From sequence record SRR22947727_2846: 64,000 nucleotides of DNA; one strand, 5' to 3'. Both the position numbers and the translations under genes were made by a program. The notes under the pieces are model-generated. The model saw only the letters and a program-made list of their open reading frames with translations. It searched no databases and had not been told where the DNA came from. Shown piece after piece: positions 38,699 to 50,739 of the stretch. Position 1 is the stretch's first letter. Every line of letters starts with the position of its first letter.

Positions 38699-41133
38699 CT
38701 TCGTTGCTCTCCAAGCGAGCTCACGCTGCCCTCAAGGTGCGCTCCGGAGGCATCCCGCTTGGAGGTCTCCTCCGGCAAGGCGACAGCCTGCCCGCGAGGG
38801 CCAATAGCGAGGGGTTGGTAGCCCACGAAGGCGCCAACAAGGACGTCTTCGCCCTTGAGGAAGGTGTGGGCCCTTACGCCTGACGTTGCGCGACCTTTGC
38901 TAGGGAATTCCGTCAACGGCGTGCGCTTAGCTCTCGCGGATTCGGTCCCGGGGAGAACCTCAGTAGATCCGGAGAGGGTAACGACTATCGCGCGCTCGCG
39001 TTCAACAGCAGCCATGGTGATCACTGCATGGTCCTCAGGGACTGTGACTCCCTGCATTCCGGCAGCGGGGAGACCCTGGGGTCTCACGAGGTTTGCCGGG
39101 AAATTCAACAGGGCGCCCGCGGAGGTCACCCAGACCAGATGGTGATCATCCGGTGCTATCGCCGCTCCGACGACGGTGTCGCCGTCTTTGAGGGACAGAA
39201 GACTGTGCTGAGTGCGCTCGGGTAGCTCAGAAAGGCTGACCCGCTTGACGACCCCGCGCTTGGTTCCCAGGGCGATCGTGGGTCCTTCCTCCAGAGTGAC
39301 AACCGCGAGAATTACCCCGTCAGCAGCGCTAAGACCGAGGTACGACTTCAGTGCCGTTCCCCCTGATAACTTCGGTGCCCGCGCATCAAGTATGGGTAGA
39401 TCCATCGGGGTGAACGTGTGTAAGACGCCCTGGCTCGTAATCGCCCCCAGCGACCCGCGCACGCGGGTCGTGAGCCGGGCAAGCAGCGCATCGTGGGGAG
39501 ACCGCTTGGTCGGCGCCGCTGCATCCTCGGAGATCTCCCTTCGACCCGCGAGGCCCGAAGCTGAGACCAGAACCTCGCACGGGCTATCACTGATCTCAAG
39601 GTTTTCTGGAGCTTGGGCTACACGGGGTGCACTGCGTGTTGCGCCCGAGAGGATTGTCCTGCGAGGAGTGTCGTAAGCATCTCGAGTTTCGGTGAGTTCG
39701 CTCTTTACGCTGGCGCGGACCAGGGCTGGGTCTGCCAAGAGCGCTTCGAGCGCCGAGATTTCCGCCACTAGTTCGTCGCGTTCAGTCTCGAGTTCGATAC
39801 GAGAAAACTTGGTGAGGCGGCGCAACCGCAGCTCGAGTATGTACTCAGTTTGCTCCTCCGAGAGGTCGAAGACTTCCCGAAGACGAAGACCCGCTGTCTT
39901 GGAGTCATCAGAGGCGCGAATGACCTGGATGACCTCATCGATATCGAGAATCGCGATGAGGAGGCCCTCCACCAGATGCAACCGGGCTTTGCGCTGGGCA
40001 AGCCGGTGGACTGATCGTCTGGTGACGACCTGAATTCGGTGGGCGACATACACCTGGAGCAACTCTCGCAGCCCCAAGGTCTGGGGTTGGCCTTCGACCA
40101 GCGCCACCGAGTTGATAGAAAAGCTTTCCTCGAGCGGAGTGAGTCGATAAAGCTCCTGAAGGAGCACCGCAGGATCAAAGCCGCTCTTCACACCGATCAC
40201 CAGTCGCAAACCGTGGTGGCGGTCAGTCAAGTCGGTCACGTCGCTAATTCCCACAAGCTTCTTGGCGTTGACGGCGTCCTTGATTTTCTCGATGACGCGT
40301 TCAGGGCCTACGAGGTAGGGGAGTTCAGTGACCACGAGCCCTGTTTTCCTCGGACCTACGCTTTCGATACTGACGGTGGCACGGGTCTTGAAGCTTCCCT
40401 TGCCGGTCTCATACGCTTCGCGAATTCCATCCAGGCCGACGACGGTTCCCCCGGAGGGCAGATCGGGACCGGGTACGAACCCCATTAGATCGTCCAGAGA
40501 GGCATCGGGGTTGTCAATCAGGTGGCAGGCCGCGTCGATGACCTCACCCATGTTGTGGGGAGCCATGTTGGTCGCCATACCGACGGCGATTCCACTGGCC
40601 CCATTGACGAGGAGGTTGGGAAAGGCAGAGGGCAGCACACTCGGTTGCAGCAGCTGGTTGTCGTAGTTGTGGACAAAATCCACCACGTCCTCGCCGAGGT
40701 CGCGCACCATCGCCATGGCTTCAGGTCGTAGTCGAGCTTCGGTGTATCGCGCTGCAGCGGGCCCATCGTCGAGCGACCCAAAGTTTCCATGGCCATCCAC
40801 CATCGGGACACGCATGCTGAAGGGCTGGGCTAGGCGGACTAGGGCATCGTAAATAGCGCTATCGCCGTGCGGGTGGAGCTTGCCCATGACGTCTCCGACG
40901 ACGCGGGCGGACTTCACGTGCCCTTTCTCAGGGGTGAGCCCCATCTGAGACATTTGGTAGATGATGCGGCGCTGGACGGGTTTCAACCCATCCCGCGCAT
41001 CGGGCAACGCCCTCGAGTAGATCACCGAGTAGGCGTACTCGAGGAAGGACCCTTCCATTTCGTCGGTGAGTTCGACGTCAACAATTCGTTCGGAGGGCTG
41101 GGAGCCAGAAGTCGTGTCGGTGAGCGCAGTCAT
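38695..41133 (-). CDS. parC: DNA topoisomerase IV subunit A (GyrA paralog)
   Basis: [33 protein letters not shown] (catalytic Tyr) and GIAVGMATN motifs; start taken as ATG 41133. Confidence 0.93.
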   Translation of the reverse strand: MTALTDTTSGSQPSERIVDVELTDEMEGSFLEYAYSVIYSRALPDARDGLKPVQRRIIYQMSQMGLTPEKGHVKSARVVGDVMGKLHPHGDSAIYDALVRLAQPFSMRVPMVDGHGNFGSLDDGPAAARYTEARLRPEAMAMVRDLGEDVVDFVHNYDNQLLQPSVLPSAFPNLLVNGASGIAVGMATNMAPHNMGEVIDAACHLIDNPDASLDDLMGFVPGPDLPSGGTVVGLDGIREAYETGKGSFKTRATVSIESVGPRKTGLVVTELPYLVGPERVIEKIKDAVNAKKLVGISDVTDLTDRHHGLRLVIGVKSGFDPAVLLQELYRLTPLEESFSINSVALVEGQPQTLGLRELLQVYVAHRIQVVTRRSVHRLAQRKARLHLVEGLLIAILDIDEVIQVIRASDDSKTAGLRLREVFDLSEEQTEYILELRLRRLTKFSRIELETERDELVAEISALEALLADPALVRASVKSELTETRDAYDTPRRTILSGATRSAPRVAQAPENLEISDSPCEVLVSASGLAGRREISEDAAAPTKRSPHDALLARLTTRVRGSLGAITSQGVLHTFTPMDLPILDARAPKLSGGTALKSYLGLSAADGVILAVVTLEEGPTIALGTKRGVVKRVSLSELPERTQHSLLSLKDGDTVVGAAIAPDDHHLVWVTSAGALLNFPANLVRPQGLPAAGMQGVTVPEDHAVITMAAVERERAIVVTLSGSTEVLPGTESARAKRTPLTEFPSKGRATSGVRAHTFLKGEDVLVGAFVGYQPLAIGPRGQAVALPEETSKRDASGAHLEGSVSSLGEQRS

Positions 41134-41145
41134 AGGATGGCGCCT

Positions 41146-42273
41146 ATGGTACTGCCCGGGACTGCCGCGACCGTAAGGCTTGCCGATGTCCTGTCCAGTT
41201 GTTGGAGCGCGCTTCAGGGTGAGGACAACCCCCTGTCCCTGTCGCCGGTCTCTAAAGCCGCCGTGCTGCTCGTCGATGGCATGGGGGCCCACAATCTCGA
41301 AGATCGCCGGGGGCATGCCCGATGGCTGACCGAGAAGTGGCGACAGCGATCGATCGTGGGGGATTCTGGTTTTCCGTCCACGACCGCGTCTGCTCTCGCC
41401 TCCCTGACGACAGGCCAGGTTCCAGGGGAGCATGGAATCGTCGGATATACGATCCGTGACCCGTCCTCCGGAGTGCTGATCAATCACCTCAAGGACTGGG
41501 AGCCCCACGTCAACCCGGCACACTGGCAGCGGTCTGACACCATCTTTGAGAAAGCTCGCGCAGCGGGAATTCCCTCGCTCTCGATGGGTGAGCGTCGGTT
41601 TGCTGGATCTGGGTTCACTCAAGCTGTCTGGCGCGGCGCCACATTCGTCGGCACCGACTCCTTGGACGAGCAGTTCACGACGTTGCGCAAGTTCTTTGAT
41701 GAGAATGACCACGGTGTTGCCTACCTGTATTGGCCGGCCCTCGATCGCACCGGGCACTCCTCGGGTGTGGGGTCTGATGCCTGGATTCGTCGGCTGGAGG
41801 ATCTTGATCAGCAACTTCGCGCGCTCGACTCGCTACTGGGCGACGATGAGGGGCTGATCATCACTGCAGATCACGGAATGGTGGACGTGCGAGATGACCG
41901 CAAACTGATGGTGACCGAGAACTCGGCCTTGCTCCATTCGGTAGCTGCGTGGGGTGGTGAACCGCGGGTGGCGCAACTCTATGTGGACAATCCAGCAGCT
42001 ACTGCGGACGTTGCAGATCGGTGGCGAGAGGCCCTTGGCGACGATGTTCTCGTTCTGACGCGAGACCAAGCAGTCGAGGAAGGGCTTTTTGGTGTGGTTT
42101 CTCCTGAGGTGATTCCTCGCATCGGAGATGTTCTGGTGCTTGCGGTCACGGAGCGAGCGTTCTACCGCTCCGAGGTGGCCTCAACTCAATCCATGCGGAT
42201 GATTGGGCAACACGGCTCGGTGACTCCGATGGAGCGAGAGGTTCCTGTTATTCCGCTGGGGGCGTGGATCTAA
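41146..42273 (+). CDS. alkaline phosphatase superfamily nucleotide pyrophosphatase/phosphodiesterase
   Basis: LLVDGMG, FPSTT (Thr nucleophile), [14 protein letters not shown] and GQHGS motifs; alternative start at 41137. Confidence 0.9.
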   Translation: MVLPGTAATVRLADVLSSCWSALQGEDNPLSLSPVSKAAVLLVDGMGAHNLEDRRGHARWLTEKWRQRSIVGDSGFPSTTASALASLTTGQVPGEHGIVGYTIRDPSSGVLINHLKDWEPHVNPAHWQRSDTIFEKARAAGIPSLSMGERRFAGSGFTQAVWRGATFVGTDSLDEQFTTLRKFFDENDHGVAYLYWPALDRTGHSSGVGSDAWIRRLEDLDQQLRALDSLLGDDEGLIITADHGMVDVRDDRKLMVTENSALLHSVAAWGGEPRVAQLYVDNPAATADVADRWREALGDDVLVLTRDQAVEEGLFGVVSPEVIPRIGDVLVLAVTERAFYRSEVASTQSMRMIGQHGSVTPMEREVPVIPLGAWI

Positions 42274-43247
42274 GCCGGATCGTCGTCACTTCGCGCGCCG
42301 AACACAATGTCATCCCAGCTCGGCATCTCCGGCCGCTTTTTCTTCGGGGGCGTGGGCTCGGGGTCATCGTCGTCCTCTGGGTCGGAATGCCCGCCGATTG
42401 GGGTCACAGAGGCTTCCCCTGAATCGTCTTCGACTAAGTGGATACCGCCCGTTGCTGGGTGGGCGCTCCGAGAATCCTCATCTGAGCCTGGCGCTGGTTC
42501 CCGCTCGCCCCTTTTGCGTCGGAGGACCTCCAGCAGATCAGCTGTGTCAGCCATTCGCCCGTCGTCCTCAGACCGACCATACGACACAGGCTCCAGGAGA
42601 GGACCAGTCTCGCCAAGATCTGAAGATTCGAAAATTTCGGAATCAAATCTGTCGGGCTCCGGCTCCGACGATGCAACAGCACTGAGTTTGGGGATCAGAG
42701 TGGTGGGCATGGGTTCGTGGCGAGACAGCACCGTGGCATCGTCGTTCAGCGGCTCTAGTACATGCTTGCGCTGGTGAAAAGACCATCGGGCGACGTGTTC
42801 AACGTCGCCTTCGTGGAAGGTCAGTTCGACAAGCCAGCCAGTTTCTTCCTTCCACGCACTCCACGCTTCTTCCGTGGCGGAGATTTCTTCGAGTCGCTCG
42901 CGTATCGAGGTCCCAAACGTCAACTCATCACCGCTCCTCGTTGTCACCGAGACGGCGAGAGCCTGATCGACAATGAAGCGTCGCTCCGCGAGGACAGCGC
43001 CCTCGAACTTTTCGATGTAGGAAACGTCCTCTCCGGTGAGATCGGCGACCTGCTGAGCGGTGAGACCGCGTCGGATGTGGGCCTGAATGTCTTTGGGGCT
43101 GACGCGGTGTGCGGCAGAACCGCCCGAGGACTTCTGGCGGAGAGCATCCCGCAACGCATCATTGACAGGTACGAAGTACCGCTGGCCGTCTTCAGACACT
43201 AAGACGAGCGAGTCGTTTTCGACCCCAACGACAGTGAGTGTGGTCAT
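42270..43247 (-). CDS. sepH: septation protein SepH (DUF3071)
   Basis: SPKDIQAHIRRGLTAQQVA HTH; EGAVLAER; acidic disordered tail ending PSWDDIVFG. Confidence 0.9.
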   Translation of the reverse strand: MTTLTVVGVENDSLVLVSEDGQRYFVPVNDALRDALRQKSSGGSAAHRVSPKDIQAHIRRGLTAQQVADLTGEDVSYIEKFEGAVLAERRFIVDQALAVSVTTRSGDELTFGTSIRERLEEISATEEAWSAWKEETGWLVELTFHEGDVEHVARWSFHQRKHVLEPLNDDATVLSRHEPMPTTLIPKLSAVASSEPEPDRFDSEIFESSDLGETGPLLEPVSYGRSEDDGRMADTADLLEVLRRKRGEREPAPGSDEDSRSAHPATGGIHLVEDDSGEASVTPIGGHSDPEDDDDPEPTPPKKKRPEMPSWDDIVFGARSDDDPA

Positions 43248-43461
43248 TGTTTGTGCACCGTCCTTATTTCCCGTGACTTTAGCTTGGCACGCCGTCGACC
43301 CAGATTTCAGAATATTCCTGGGTGTGGCGTCGCGTTATGTCGGGGCTTCGGGCTACTCTGTAGCCCGGTTGTGGGCCACGGTTTGCGGTTTACCTGGTTT
43401 ATCAGGCAAACTATCGCCGTCTTTCCCCACCACCCCAGCACTAAGGGAGTGAATTACCACC

Positions 43462-43755
43462 ATGGCAACGGATTACGACGCCCCGCGCAAGACCGAAGAA
43501 GACACTGAGTCCATCCAGGCGTTGCAAGAGCGGGTGCCGGACAAGCTCTCCGGCGTGGTTGATGCAGAAGATGCTGACAACTTGGGCTCTCTTGAGCTCG
43601 CTGGGCAGGACCTCGCCAACGTCGAGCTTGATGTCGTAGTGCTTCCGCCCCAGGCAGATGAGTTCACCTGCGTGGAGTGCTTCCTCGTGAAGCACCGTTC
43701 ACAGGTCGACCACGAGACCAAACTGGGTTCCGTGTGCCAGGAGTGTTCCCGCTAG
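43462..43755 (+). CDS. DUF4193 family protein
   Basis: MATDYDAPRK N-terminus; DEFTCVECFLVKHRSQ...CQEC. Confidence 0.93.
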   Translation: MATDYDAPRKTEEDTESIQALQERVPDKLSGVVDAEDADNLGSLELAGQDLANVELDVVVLPPQADEFTCVECFLVKHRSQVDHETKLGSVCQECSR

Positions 43756-44186
43756 TTCTTCCCCAGGGCTTTCTTCAGCTCTTCGGGTTTGCGCGTCGAC
43801 ACCAGCCAGTAGGGAGTGGGGTCTTCGGGGTCCTCGACCGCAATCTTTGCCACAGTGTCGACCCAAGGGCTGAGCCTCAGCCAGGCGAGGCCGTGAGCAC
43901 CGGGTCCTCTTTCGTGCCTCGCGGCATCGCCGCCATAGGCTGAAACGTCTCCAATGTAGCGCTGCTCTAGCGTGGCATTGCCCACCTGAAGCGCCCCCTC
44001 TGTGACGGTAATCACAGGAGAGAAGAGCCAGAGAGCTCCCACAGCACCAGCCCACATGGTCACTCCTGCCACTAGCCCAACGAGAGCGTTCAGTGGCAGA
44101 AATATGAGCATGGTGGCGGGTATCACGAGAGCAATGGACAGCACCATCCACCAGCTGGGAGAGAGCCGTTCTCGATAAGAGGTCAT
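43752..44186 (-). CDS. DUF3093 family membrane protein
   Basis: YRERLSPSWW, two TM segments, DPEDPTPYWLVSTRKPE. Confidence 0.92.
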   Translation of the reverse strand: MTSYRERLSPSWWMVLSIALVIPATMLIFLPLNALVGLVAGVTMWAGAVGALWLFSPVITVTEGALQVGNATLEQRYIGDVSAYGGDAARHERGPGAHGLAWLRLSPWVDTVAKIAVEDPEDPTPYWLVSTRKPEELKKALGKN

Positions 44187-44217
44187 AGACCTATTGCACC
44201 ACGTATACCCTGGAGGA

Positions 44218-44667
44218 ATGACGCACGAGCTCGCTCCGGAGGTATTGATTACCGGCGTTGAGCCAACCTACGCGCACCCCGGTGATGCCGGAGCTGATTT
44301 GCGTGCCGCATCAGCCCATGTCCTCCAACCGGGGGAGCGTGCGCTCGTGCCGACAGGAACTTCGATAGCTCTTCCACACGGTTTTGTCGCCTACGTGATG
44401 CCCCGAAGTGGGCTGGCGCTAAGGAACGGAATTGGCCTCGTGAACGCACCCGGGGTGATTGACGCTGGCTATCGAGGCGAAATTTCCGTGGTCATTATCA
44501 ACCACGACCCTCGCGAGAGCTTTAGCATTGAACCAGGTGATCGCATCGCTCAGCTGGTGATTTCACCGGTGGCGAGAGCGGTCTTTCAGCCGGTTACCGC
44601 CCTGCCCGGGAGTCAGCGAGACACAGGTGGTTTCGGGTCCACGGGTGTGCAAGGAGACAAAGAATGA
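44218..44667 (+). CDS. dut: dUTP diphosphatase
   Basis: DAGADL, PRSGLA, GVIDAGYRGE, DRIAQL and GGFGSTG motifs. Confidence 0.97.
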   Translation: MTHELAPEVLITGVEPTYAHPGDAGADLRAASAHVLQPGERALVPTGTSIALPHGFVAYVMPRSGLALRNGIGLVNAPGVIDAGYRGEISVVIINHDPRESFSIEPGDRIAQLVISPVARAVFQPVTALPGSQRDTGGFGSTGVQGDKE

Positions 44668-45287
44668 CCGATACCTCCACGACACTCACCGGAGGCGACG
44701 AGGAATATCCCAAGTCCGCCCCCGTCGACCGCGAAATCAATGGACCGCTCGACGAAACTGAGGCGGGATCAATTCGACCTTCTGTGGATCTCGGCGCCCT
44801 CCGCGTTGAACCCAAGCGTGGCATGCAGCTCCGGTTGGAGATTGACAAGAACAACAACCGGGTGATCGCTGTCACGCTGGAGCACGATGGCTCGACCGTT
44901 CAATTGCAGCCGTTTGCCGCTCCTCGCTCCAGCGGTCTGTGGCATGGAATTCGCGCCCAAATTATGGAGCAAGTTCGCAAGCAGGGCGGGACTGTTTCGG
45001 AGACAGAGGGTCCTTTTGGTCCTGAGGTTTCGGCAAAAGTCCCTGTTCAGACTGGCGGGTCATTTGGCACCCGAAATGTTCGGTTTATCGGCGTCGATGG
45101 ACCTCGATGGTTCCTGCGAGCCGTCATTGGCGGTCCCGCAGCAACAAACCCAGAAGCAGCAGACATCATTCACTCCATGATCCGCCGTGTGGTGGTGGTT
45201 CGTGGGAATACCCCTCTACCCCCAAGAGACTTACTTCCACTTCGTGTGCCACCCACAGGGGAGACACCCGGTGTGGAGGGTGCGTAA
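44664..45287 (+). CDS. DUF3710 family protein
   Basis: FAAPRSSGLW and RFIGVDGPRWFLR motifs; follows dut. Confidence 0.92.
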   Translation: MTDTSTTLTGGDEEYPKSAPVDREINGPLDETEAGSIRPSVDLGALRVEPKRGMQLRLEIDKNNNRVIAVTLEHDGSTVQLQPFAAPRSSGLWHGIRAQIMEQVRKQGGTVSETEGPFGPEVSAKVPVQTGGSFGTRNVRFIGVDGPRWFLRAVIGGPAATNPEAADIIHSMIRRVVVVRGNTPLPPRDLLPLRVPPTGETPGVEGA

Positions 45288-45289
45288 CC

Positions 45290-45976
45290 GTGGCTGAACC
45301 CCTCCCCGACGTGGCAGGAACAGGCCACTTGCGGGTAACCGGTTTGGGTGCACTGACACCCGGTGAAACACCCACTGTCGATGCTCTGTGGTCGGCCGTG
45401 GGGAAAACGCGAGGGCTTGTGGAGTCCCTGGCCCCAGGCCTTGGCTTCCTCATCACCTTCACTGTGACGGGAGAATTGGTCCCCTCCGTGACGGCACCAG
45501 TGGCGCTTTCGGTCGTGTTCATTGTTGTTCGTCTTCTCCAGAAAACAGCCCTGATGCCCGCGGTCGCTGGCCTGATCGGTATTGGAGCGTCTGCAGGAAT
45601 AGCGCTGTGGTCGGGGCGAGCAGAAGACAATTTTCTGCTGGGTTTTGGCGCCAATGTATTGTGGCTGACCGCGTTGCTCATCTCGCTACTCATTCGGCGA
45701 CCACTCTTGGGCTACCTCGCGGGGTCCCTGGCAGGGGATCCGCAATGGCGTGATCAACCCGGTACCAAGCACATTGCTGTCATTGCTACCTGGCTGTGGG
45801 CTGGCTTGTTTGCGCTTCGCCTGGTGGTGCAGGTGCCGCTCTACCTCTCGGCCTCAATTGGCGCCCTGGCGGCCGCGAAATTGATCATGGGTTTGCCCCT
45901 GTACGCAGCCTGGTTATGGGTGACTTGGTTGCTGTATCGCGCGGTCTATGGCTCCAAGGCCAGCCCAGCGCGGTGA
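45290..45976 (+). CDS. DUF3159 family membrane protein
   Basis: RGLVES, GRAEDNF, RLVVQVPLY and KLIMGLPLY motifs. Confidence 0.9.
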   Translation: MAEPLPDVAGTGHLRVTGLGALTPGETPTVDALWSAVGKTRGLVESLAPGLGFLITFTVTGELVPSVTAPVALSVVFIVVRLLQKTALMPAVAGLIGIGASAGIALWSGRAEDNFLLGFGANVLWLTALLISLLIRRPLLGYLAGSLAGDPQWRDQPGTKHIAVIATWLWAGLFALRLVVQVPLYLSASIGALAAAKLIMGLPLYAAWLWVTWLLYRAVYGSKASPAR

Positions 45977-45983
45977 TAGTATT

Positions 45984-46001
45984 TATCTTGATGTAAAGAT
46001 A
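45984..46001. promoter_or_regulatory. 18-bp palindromic operator upstream of acnA
   Basis: AT-rich inverted repeat TATCTT-GATGTA-AAGATA ending 29 nt before the acnA start. Confidence 0.65.
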
Positions 46002-46030
46002 CCGCGGACAGCGGCAGGTGAGGAGTAATC

Positions 46031-48721
46031 GTGGGTTCACTCAACAGTTTCCAGGCCAAGGACACTTTGGCAGTCGGGGATCGTCAGTACGAGATCTTCC
46101 GCACTGATGCTGTCGAAGGACATGAGACGCTGCCTTTTAGCTTGAAGGTCCTGTTGGAGAACCTGTTGCGCACCGAAGATGGCGCGAACATCACCAAAGA
46201 GCAGATCCAGGCGCTCGGCAGCTGGGACGCCGCTGCAGAACCCTCCACCGAGATTCAATTCACCCCCGCACGTGTCGTGCTCCAAGACTTCACCGGTGTT
46301 CCCTGCATCGTGGACCTCGCGACCATGCGTGAAGCCATTGTTGATCTTGGTGGCGACCCGAACAAAGTCAACCCACTTTCTCCCGCTGAGCTCGTGATTG
46401 ACCACTCGGTCATTGCTGACCTCTTTGGCCAGCCAGATTCGTTCGAGCGCAACGTTGACATCGAATATGAACGCAACGGCGAGCGCTACCAGTTCTTGCG
46501 CTGGGGTCAAACGGCCTTCAATAACTTCAAGGTTGTGCCGCCCGGGACAGGTATCGTCCACCAGGTCAACATCGAAAACCTGGCCAAGGTCACCTACACC
46601 AAGGACATCGACGGCGTTACTCAAGCTTTCCCGGACACCTGTGTGGGAACTGACTCCCACACCACGATGGTTAATGGACTCGGTGTCCTCGGGTGGGGTG
46701 TGGGCGGTATTGAGGCCGAGGCTGCGATGCTCGGTCAACCTGTGTCGATGCTGATTCCTCGGGTTGTCGGTTTCAAGCTCAGCGGATCTATCCCCACCGG
46801 CGTTACCGCCACCGATGTCGTACTCACCATCACGCAGATGCTCCGGGAGCACGGCGTGGTCGGGAAATTTGTCGAGTTCTATGGTGCTGGTGTCACGCAG
46901 GTGCCGTTGGCAAACCGCGCGACCATTGGAAACATGAGCCCTGAGTTTGGCTCCACGGCCGCCATTTTCCCGGTGGACCAGGTCACGTTGGATTACTTGA
47001 CTCTCACCGGTCGCACGGCAGAACAAATTGCCTTGGTCGAGGCTTATTGCAAGGCCCAGGGGCTATGGCACGACCCAAGTGTCGAGCCTCGCTACTCCGA
47101 ATACATGGAGCTCGACCTCGCCACCGTGGCCCCGAGCATTGCCGGACCACGTCGTCCGCAGGATCGTATTGAACTCGACCACGCGCGTGATCAGTTCCAT
47201 AAAGATTTGGAGAACTTCCTTTCCGAAGAGACGGCGCGCTCTGAGGTCCCCGTCACACGCGGGACCGAGACTTTCGAGATTGCCAACGGTGCCGTCACGA
47301 TCGCCGCCATCACGTCGTGCACGAACACGTCTAACCCCTCCGTCATGCTCGCCGCTGGTCTGCTCGCGAGGAACGCGGCGCTGAAGGGGTTGAAGTCAAA
47401 GCCCTGGGTGAAAACCACGCTCGCTCCAGGCTCCAAAGTCGTCACTGATTACTACGAAAAAGCCGGACTGATGGACGACCTAGAGGCCCTCGGTTTCTAC
47501 CTGGTCGGCTATGGCTGCACCACCTGTATCGGAAACTCTGGCCCCCTGGACGAGGAGATTTCCCAGGCTGTGAACGATCACGACTTGGCCGTGACTGCTG
47601 TTCTCTCGGGAAACCGAAACTTTGAAGGACGCATCAATCCCGACGTCAAGATGAACTACTTGGCGAGCCCCCCGCTTGTGATTGCCTATGCACTCGCGGG
47701 AACCATGGACTTCGACTTCGACACTCAACCCCTGGGTCAAGACTCGGGCGGACAGGACGTTTTCCTGGCAGACATATGGCCAGACGCTGCCGAGGTGCAG
47801 GCGACCATTGATTCTTCGATCGATACCGAGATGTTCACCCGTCAATACAAGACGGTGTTTGACGGTGACGAACGCTGGCAATCGCTCCCCACCCCGACCG
47901 GTGACACCTTTGAGTGGAATGCCCAGTCCACCTATGTCCGAAAGCCCCCCTACTTCGAGGGAATGACCTTGGAGCCTTCCGCGGTGAGTGACATCTCGGG
48001 CGCGAGAGTTCTTGCGTTGCTCGGTGACTCGGTTACCACCGACCACATCTCGCCGGCAGGCTCGATCAAGGCCGATTCCCCCGCGGGACGTTACCTGAGT
48101 GACCACGGAATTGACCGTCTGGATTTCAACTCCTACGGCTCGCGGCGCGGGAACCACGAGGTGATGATTCGTGGCACTTTCGCCAACATTCGCCTCAAGA
48201 ATCTTTTGCTCGACGGTGTCGAGGGTGGATTCACTCGTGACTTCACCACCGAGTCGGGTGACCAGGCGTTCATTTACGACGCCGCCGAGAGCTACCGCGA
48301 AGCGGGCGTTCCGCTGGTAATCCTCGCTGGTAAGGAATACGGCTCTGGATCCTCCAGGGACTGGGCGGCAAAGGGTACGAACCTTTTGGGTGTGCGGGCA
48401 GTCGTTGCGGAGAGCTTCGAGCGCATTCACCGATCCAACTTGATCGGTATGGGTGTTGTTCCACTCCAGTTCCCTGCGGGTCAGAGCGCCTCATCGCTTG
48501 GCCTTGATGGCACTGAAGTTTTCAGTGTTGAAGGTATTACCACGCTCAATGATGGTGTCACCCCCTCAACCCTTCGAGTGGTGGCAGTGCCTAGTGAGCA
48601 TTCAGCATCGGGACGAGAGGCCGTGAGCTTCGATGCCGTTGTTCGCATCGACACTCCTGCCGAGGCTGACTACTACCGCAACGGTGGGATCCTGCAATAT
48701 GTCTTGAGGTCTTTGCTCTAA
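46031..48721 (+). CDS. acnA: aconitate hydratase A
   Basis: [43 protein letters not shown] and [10 protein letters not shown] motifs. Confidence 0.98.
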   Translation: MGSLNSFQAKDTLAVGDRQYEIFRTDAVEGHETLPFSLKVLLENLLRTEDGANITKEQIQALGSWDAAAEPSTEIQFTPARVVLQDFTGVPCIVDLATMREAIVDLGGDPNKVNPLSPAELVIDHSVIADLFGQPDSFERNVDIEYERNGERYQFLRWGQTAFNNFKVVPPGTGIVHQVNIENLAKVTYTKDIDGVTQAFPDTCVGTDSHTTMVNGLGVLGWGVGGIEAEAAMLGQPVSMLIPRVVGFKLSGSIPTGVTATDVVLTITQMLREHGVVGKFVEFYGAGVTQVPLANRATIGNMSPEFGSTAAIFPVDQVTLDYLTLTGRTAEQIALVEAYCKAQGLWHDPSVEPRYSEYMELDLATVAPSIAGPRRPQDRIELDHARDQFHKDLENFLSEETARSEVPVTRGTETFEIANGAVTIAAITSCTNTSNPSVMLAAGLLARNAALKGLKSKPWVKTTLAPGSKVVTDYYEKAGLMDDLEALGFYLVGYGCTTCIGNSGPLDEEISQAVNDHDLAVTAVLSGNRNFEGRINPDVKMNYLASPPLVIAYALAGTMDFDFDTQPLGQDSGGQDVFLADIWPDAAEVQATIDSSIDTEMFTRQYKTVFDGDERWQSLPTPTGDTFEWNAQSTYVRKPPYFEGMTLEPSAVSDISGARVLALLGDSVTTDHISPAGSIKADSPAGRYLSDHGIDRLDFNSYGSRRGNHEVMIRGTFANIRLKNLLLDGVEGGFTRDFTTESGDQAFIYDAAESYREAGVPLVILAGKEYGSGSSRDWAAKGTNLLGVRAVVAESFERIHRSNLIGMGVVPLQFPAGQSASSLGLDGTEVFSVEGITTLNDGVTPSTLRVVAVPSEHSASGREAVSFDAVVRIDTPAEADYYRNGGILQYVLRSLL

Positions 48722-48777
48722 GCGAGGTCCCAGTTTTCTGGTGAGTGTCATCAGAGAACACCTCATAGAGTGTAGAT

Positions 48778-50739
48778 ATGGCACTTCTCGATGCGATTAA
48801 TTCGCCTGCGGACCTCAAGAAGCTCTCTGGTACGCAGCTCGATGAGCTTGCGGCAGAGATCCGCTCATTCCTCATCGAGGAAGTATCGAGAACCGGCGGT
48901 CACCTGGGACCGAACCTTGGCGTTGTTGAACTGACCATCGCCTTACACCGGGTCTTTGATTCGCCTCGGGATCCCTTCATTTGGGACACCGGGCATCAGT
49001 CCTATGTTCACAAAATTCTGACAGGTCGTAAAGACTTTTCGGCTCTTCGCCAGAAGGGTGGCCTCGCCGGTTACCCTCAGCGCAGCGAATCGGAGCACGA
49101 CATCGTCGAAAGCTCCCACGCGTCGAGCTCGTTGAGCTGGGCAGAAGGAATCTCTCGCGCATTCCAGATGCAGCATGAAGAAGACCGCTTTGTTGTTGCG
49201 GTGGTGGGGGATGGCTCACTGACCGGAGGCATGACGTGGGAGGCGCTCAACAACATCTCACACGACAATGAGCGAAACCTCATCATCGTCGTGAATGACA
49301 ATGGGCGCTCCTATGCGCCGACCATTGGCGGGATGGCCAGGTTCCTCTCTGATGTTCGTTCTCGCAGCTCCTACCGGGCCTTCAAGAGCGGCACTGAGCG
49401 TTTCTTGTCGCTGTTCGGGATGCCCGGTAAAGCGTTGTATCGCGGTCTTCGTGGTGGAACCCGAGGGTTTCTCTCCCGTTTTGCCAACAATGAGGATCTC
49501 TACTCGAACCTGGACATCAAGTACTTAGGTCCGGTAGATGGGCACAACATCGAAGATGTCGAGCGAGTCTTGCAGCAGGCCAAAGATCGCAGCGCTCCCG
49601 TGATTGTGCATGTGATTACGGAAAAAGGTCGTGGTTATGCACCCGCTCGGAATGATGAGGCAGACCAGTTCCACGCGGTGGGACAAATTGACCCGCTGAC
49701 TGGTGAGGCCAGAGAATCCTCCGACGCGGTTTCGTGGACCCAGGTGTTCTCCCAGGAGATGGTGACCCTCGCCGATCGCAACGACAAAATTGTCGGTATC
49801 ACTGCTGCCATGTTGCGCCCCACAGGTCTTCATCAGATGGCGGCAAAGTATCCCGATCGTGTGCTGGATGTAGGTATTGCGGAGCAGCACGCCGTGGCGA
49901 GCGCTGCAGGTCTCGCCTATGGCGGAATGCACCCCGTTGTTGCCGTCTATGCGACCTTTATCAACAGAGCTTTCGATCAGGTCCTCATGGATGTCGCGCT
50001 GCATAGCGCTGGAGTGACGTTTGTGCTGGACCGTGCCGGTGTGACAGGCCCCGATGGCCCCAGCCACCATGGCATGTGGGATCTCTCCATCCTGCAGGTT
50101 GTCCCTCGCATCCGCATTGCCGCACCTCGCGATGCTAAGCGACTGCGGGAAGAGCTTGGCGAAGCTGTCGCCATTGATAACGCACCTACCGTGGTGCGTT
50201 TCCCCAAGGGTTCCGTGTCGCCCGAGATTGAGGCGGTTCGACGAACGGCAGACGGCGTTGACGTCATGGCCGAAGCCGCCCATAAAGACGTTCTCCTCGT
50301 TGCAGTCGGCCCTATGGTCCACATGGCGATGGAGATCCGCGAGAGGCTCGCGGCCCAGGGAATTGGTGCCACGGTCGTCGATCCGCGCTGGGTAATCCCG
50401 GTGGCCTCCAGCATTATCGATCTTGCTCGCGACCACCGCATCGTTGCGAGCATCGAGGATGGAATCCGGGTTGGGGGAGTGGGAACGCGTATTCGCCAAG
50501 AGCTTCGCGCAGCTGGCGTGGACACGGCGGTGGACGAAATTGGTCTACCTGACGAGTTCCTCGATCACGCCTCGCGTGGTGAAATTCTCGAGGACGCTGG
50601 CCTCACCTCGCAGCACATTGCGAGGAATCTTGTCGCGCAGGTTCTAGGAATGAAAGTCCCTGTTGCCAGGCCTCTTCCCGCCGAGGGCGACACGAATGAC
50701 AGCATCCGGGAAGCCTCAGAGGCAGACGGTAAGGCCTAG
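48778..50739 (+). CDS. dxs: 1-deoxy-D-xylulose-5-phosphate synthase
   Basis: GGHLGPNLG, DTGHQSY, GDGSLTGG, GIAEQHA and DRAGVTGPDGPSHHG motifs. Confidence 0.97.
   Translation: MALLDAINSPADLKKLSGTQLDELAAEIRSFLIEEVSRTGGHLGPNLGVVELTIALHRVFDSPRDPFIWDTGHQSYVHKILTGRKDFSALRQKGGLAGYPQRSESEHDIVESSHASSSLSWAEGISRAFQMQHEEDRFVVAVVGDGSLTGGMTWEALNNISHDNERNLIIVVNDNGRSYAPTIGGMARFLSDVRSRSSYRAFKSGTERFLSLFGMPGKALYRGLRGGTRGFLSRFANNEDLYSNLDIKYLGPVDGHNIEDVERVLQQAKDRSAPVIVHVITEKGRGYAPARNDEADQFHAVGQIDPLTGEARESSDAVSWTQVFSQEMVTLADRNDKIVGITAAMLRPTGLHQMAAKYPDRVLDVGIAEQHAVASAAGLAYGGMHPVVAVYATFINRAFDQVLMDVALHSAGVTFVLDRAGVTGPDGPSHHGMWDLSILQVVPRIRIAAPRDAKRLREELGEAVAIDNAPTVVRFPKGSVSPEIEAVRRTADGVDVMAEAAHKDVLLVAVGPMVHMAMEIRERLAAQGIGATVVDPRWVIPVASSIIDLARDHRIVASIEDGIRVGGVGTRIRQELRAAGVDTAVDEIGLPDEFLDHASRGEILEDAGLTSQHIARNLVAQVLGMKVPVARPLPAEGDTNDSIREASEADGKA

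Noticed and set aside
41134-41814. 226-aa N-terminal extension of ParC (1039-aa ORF)
   Set aside because: It overlaps the phosphodiesterase on the opposite strand; topoisomerase homology begins just after ATG 41133.
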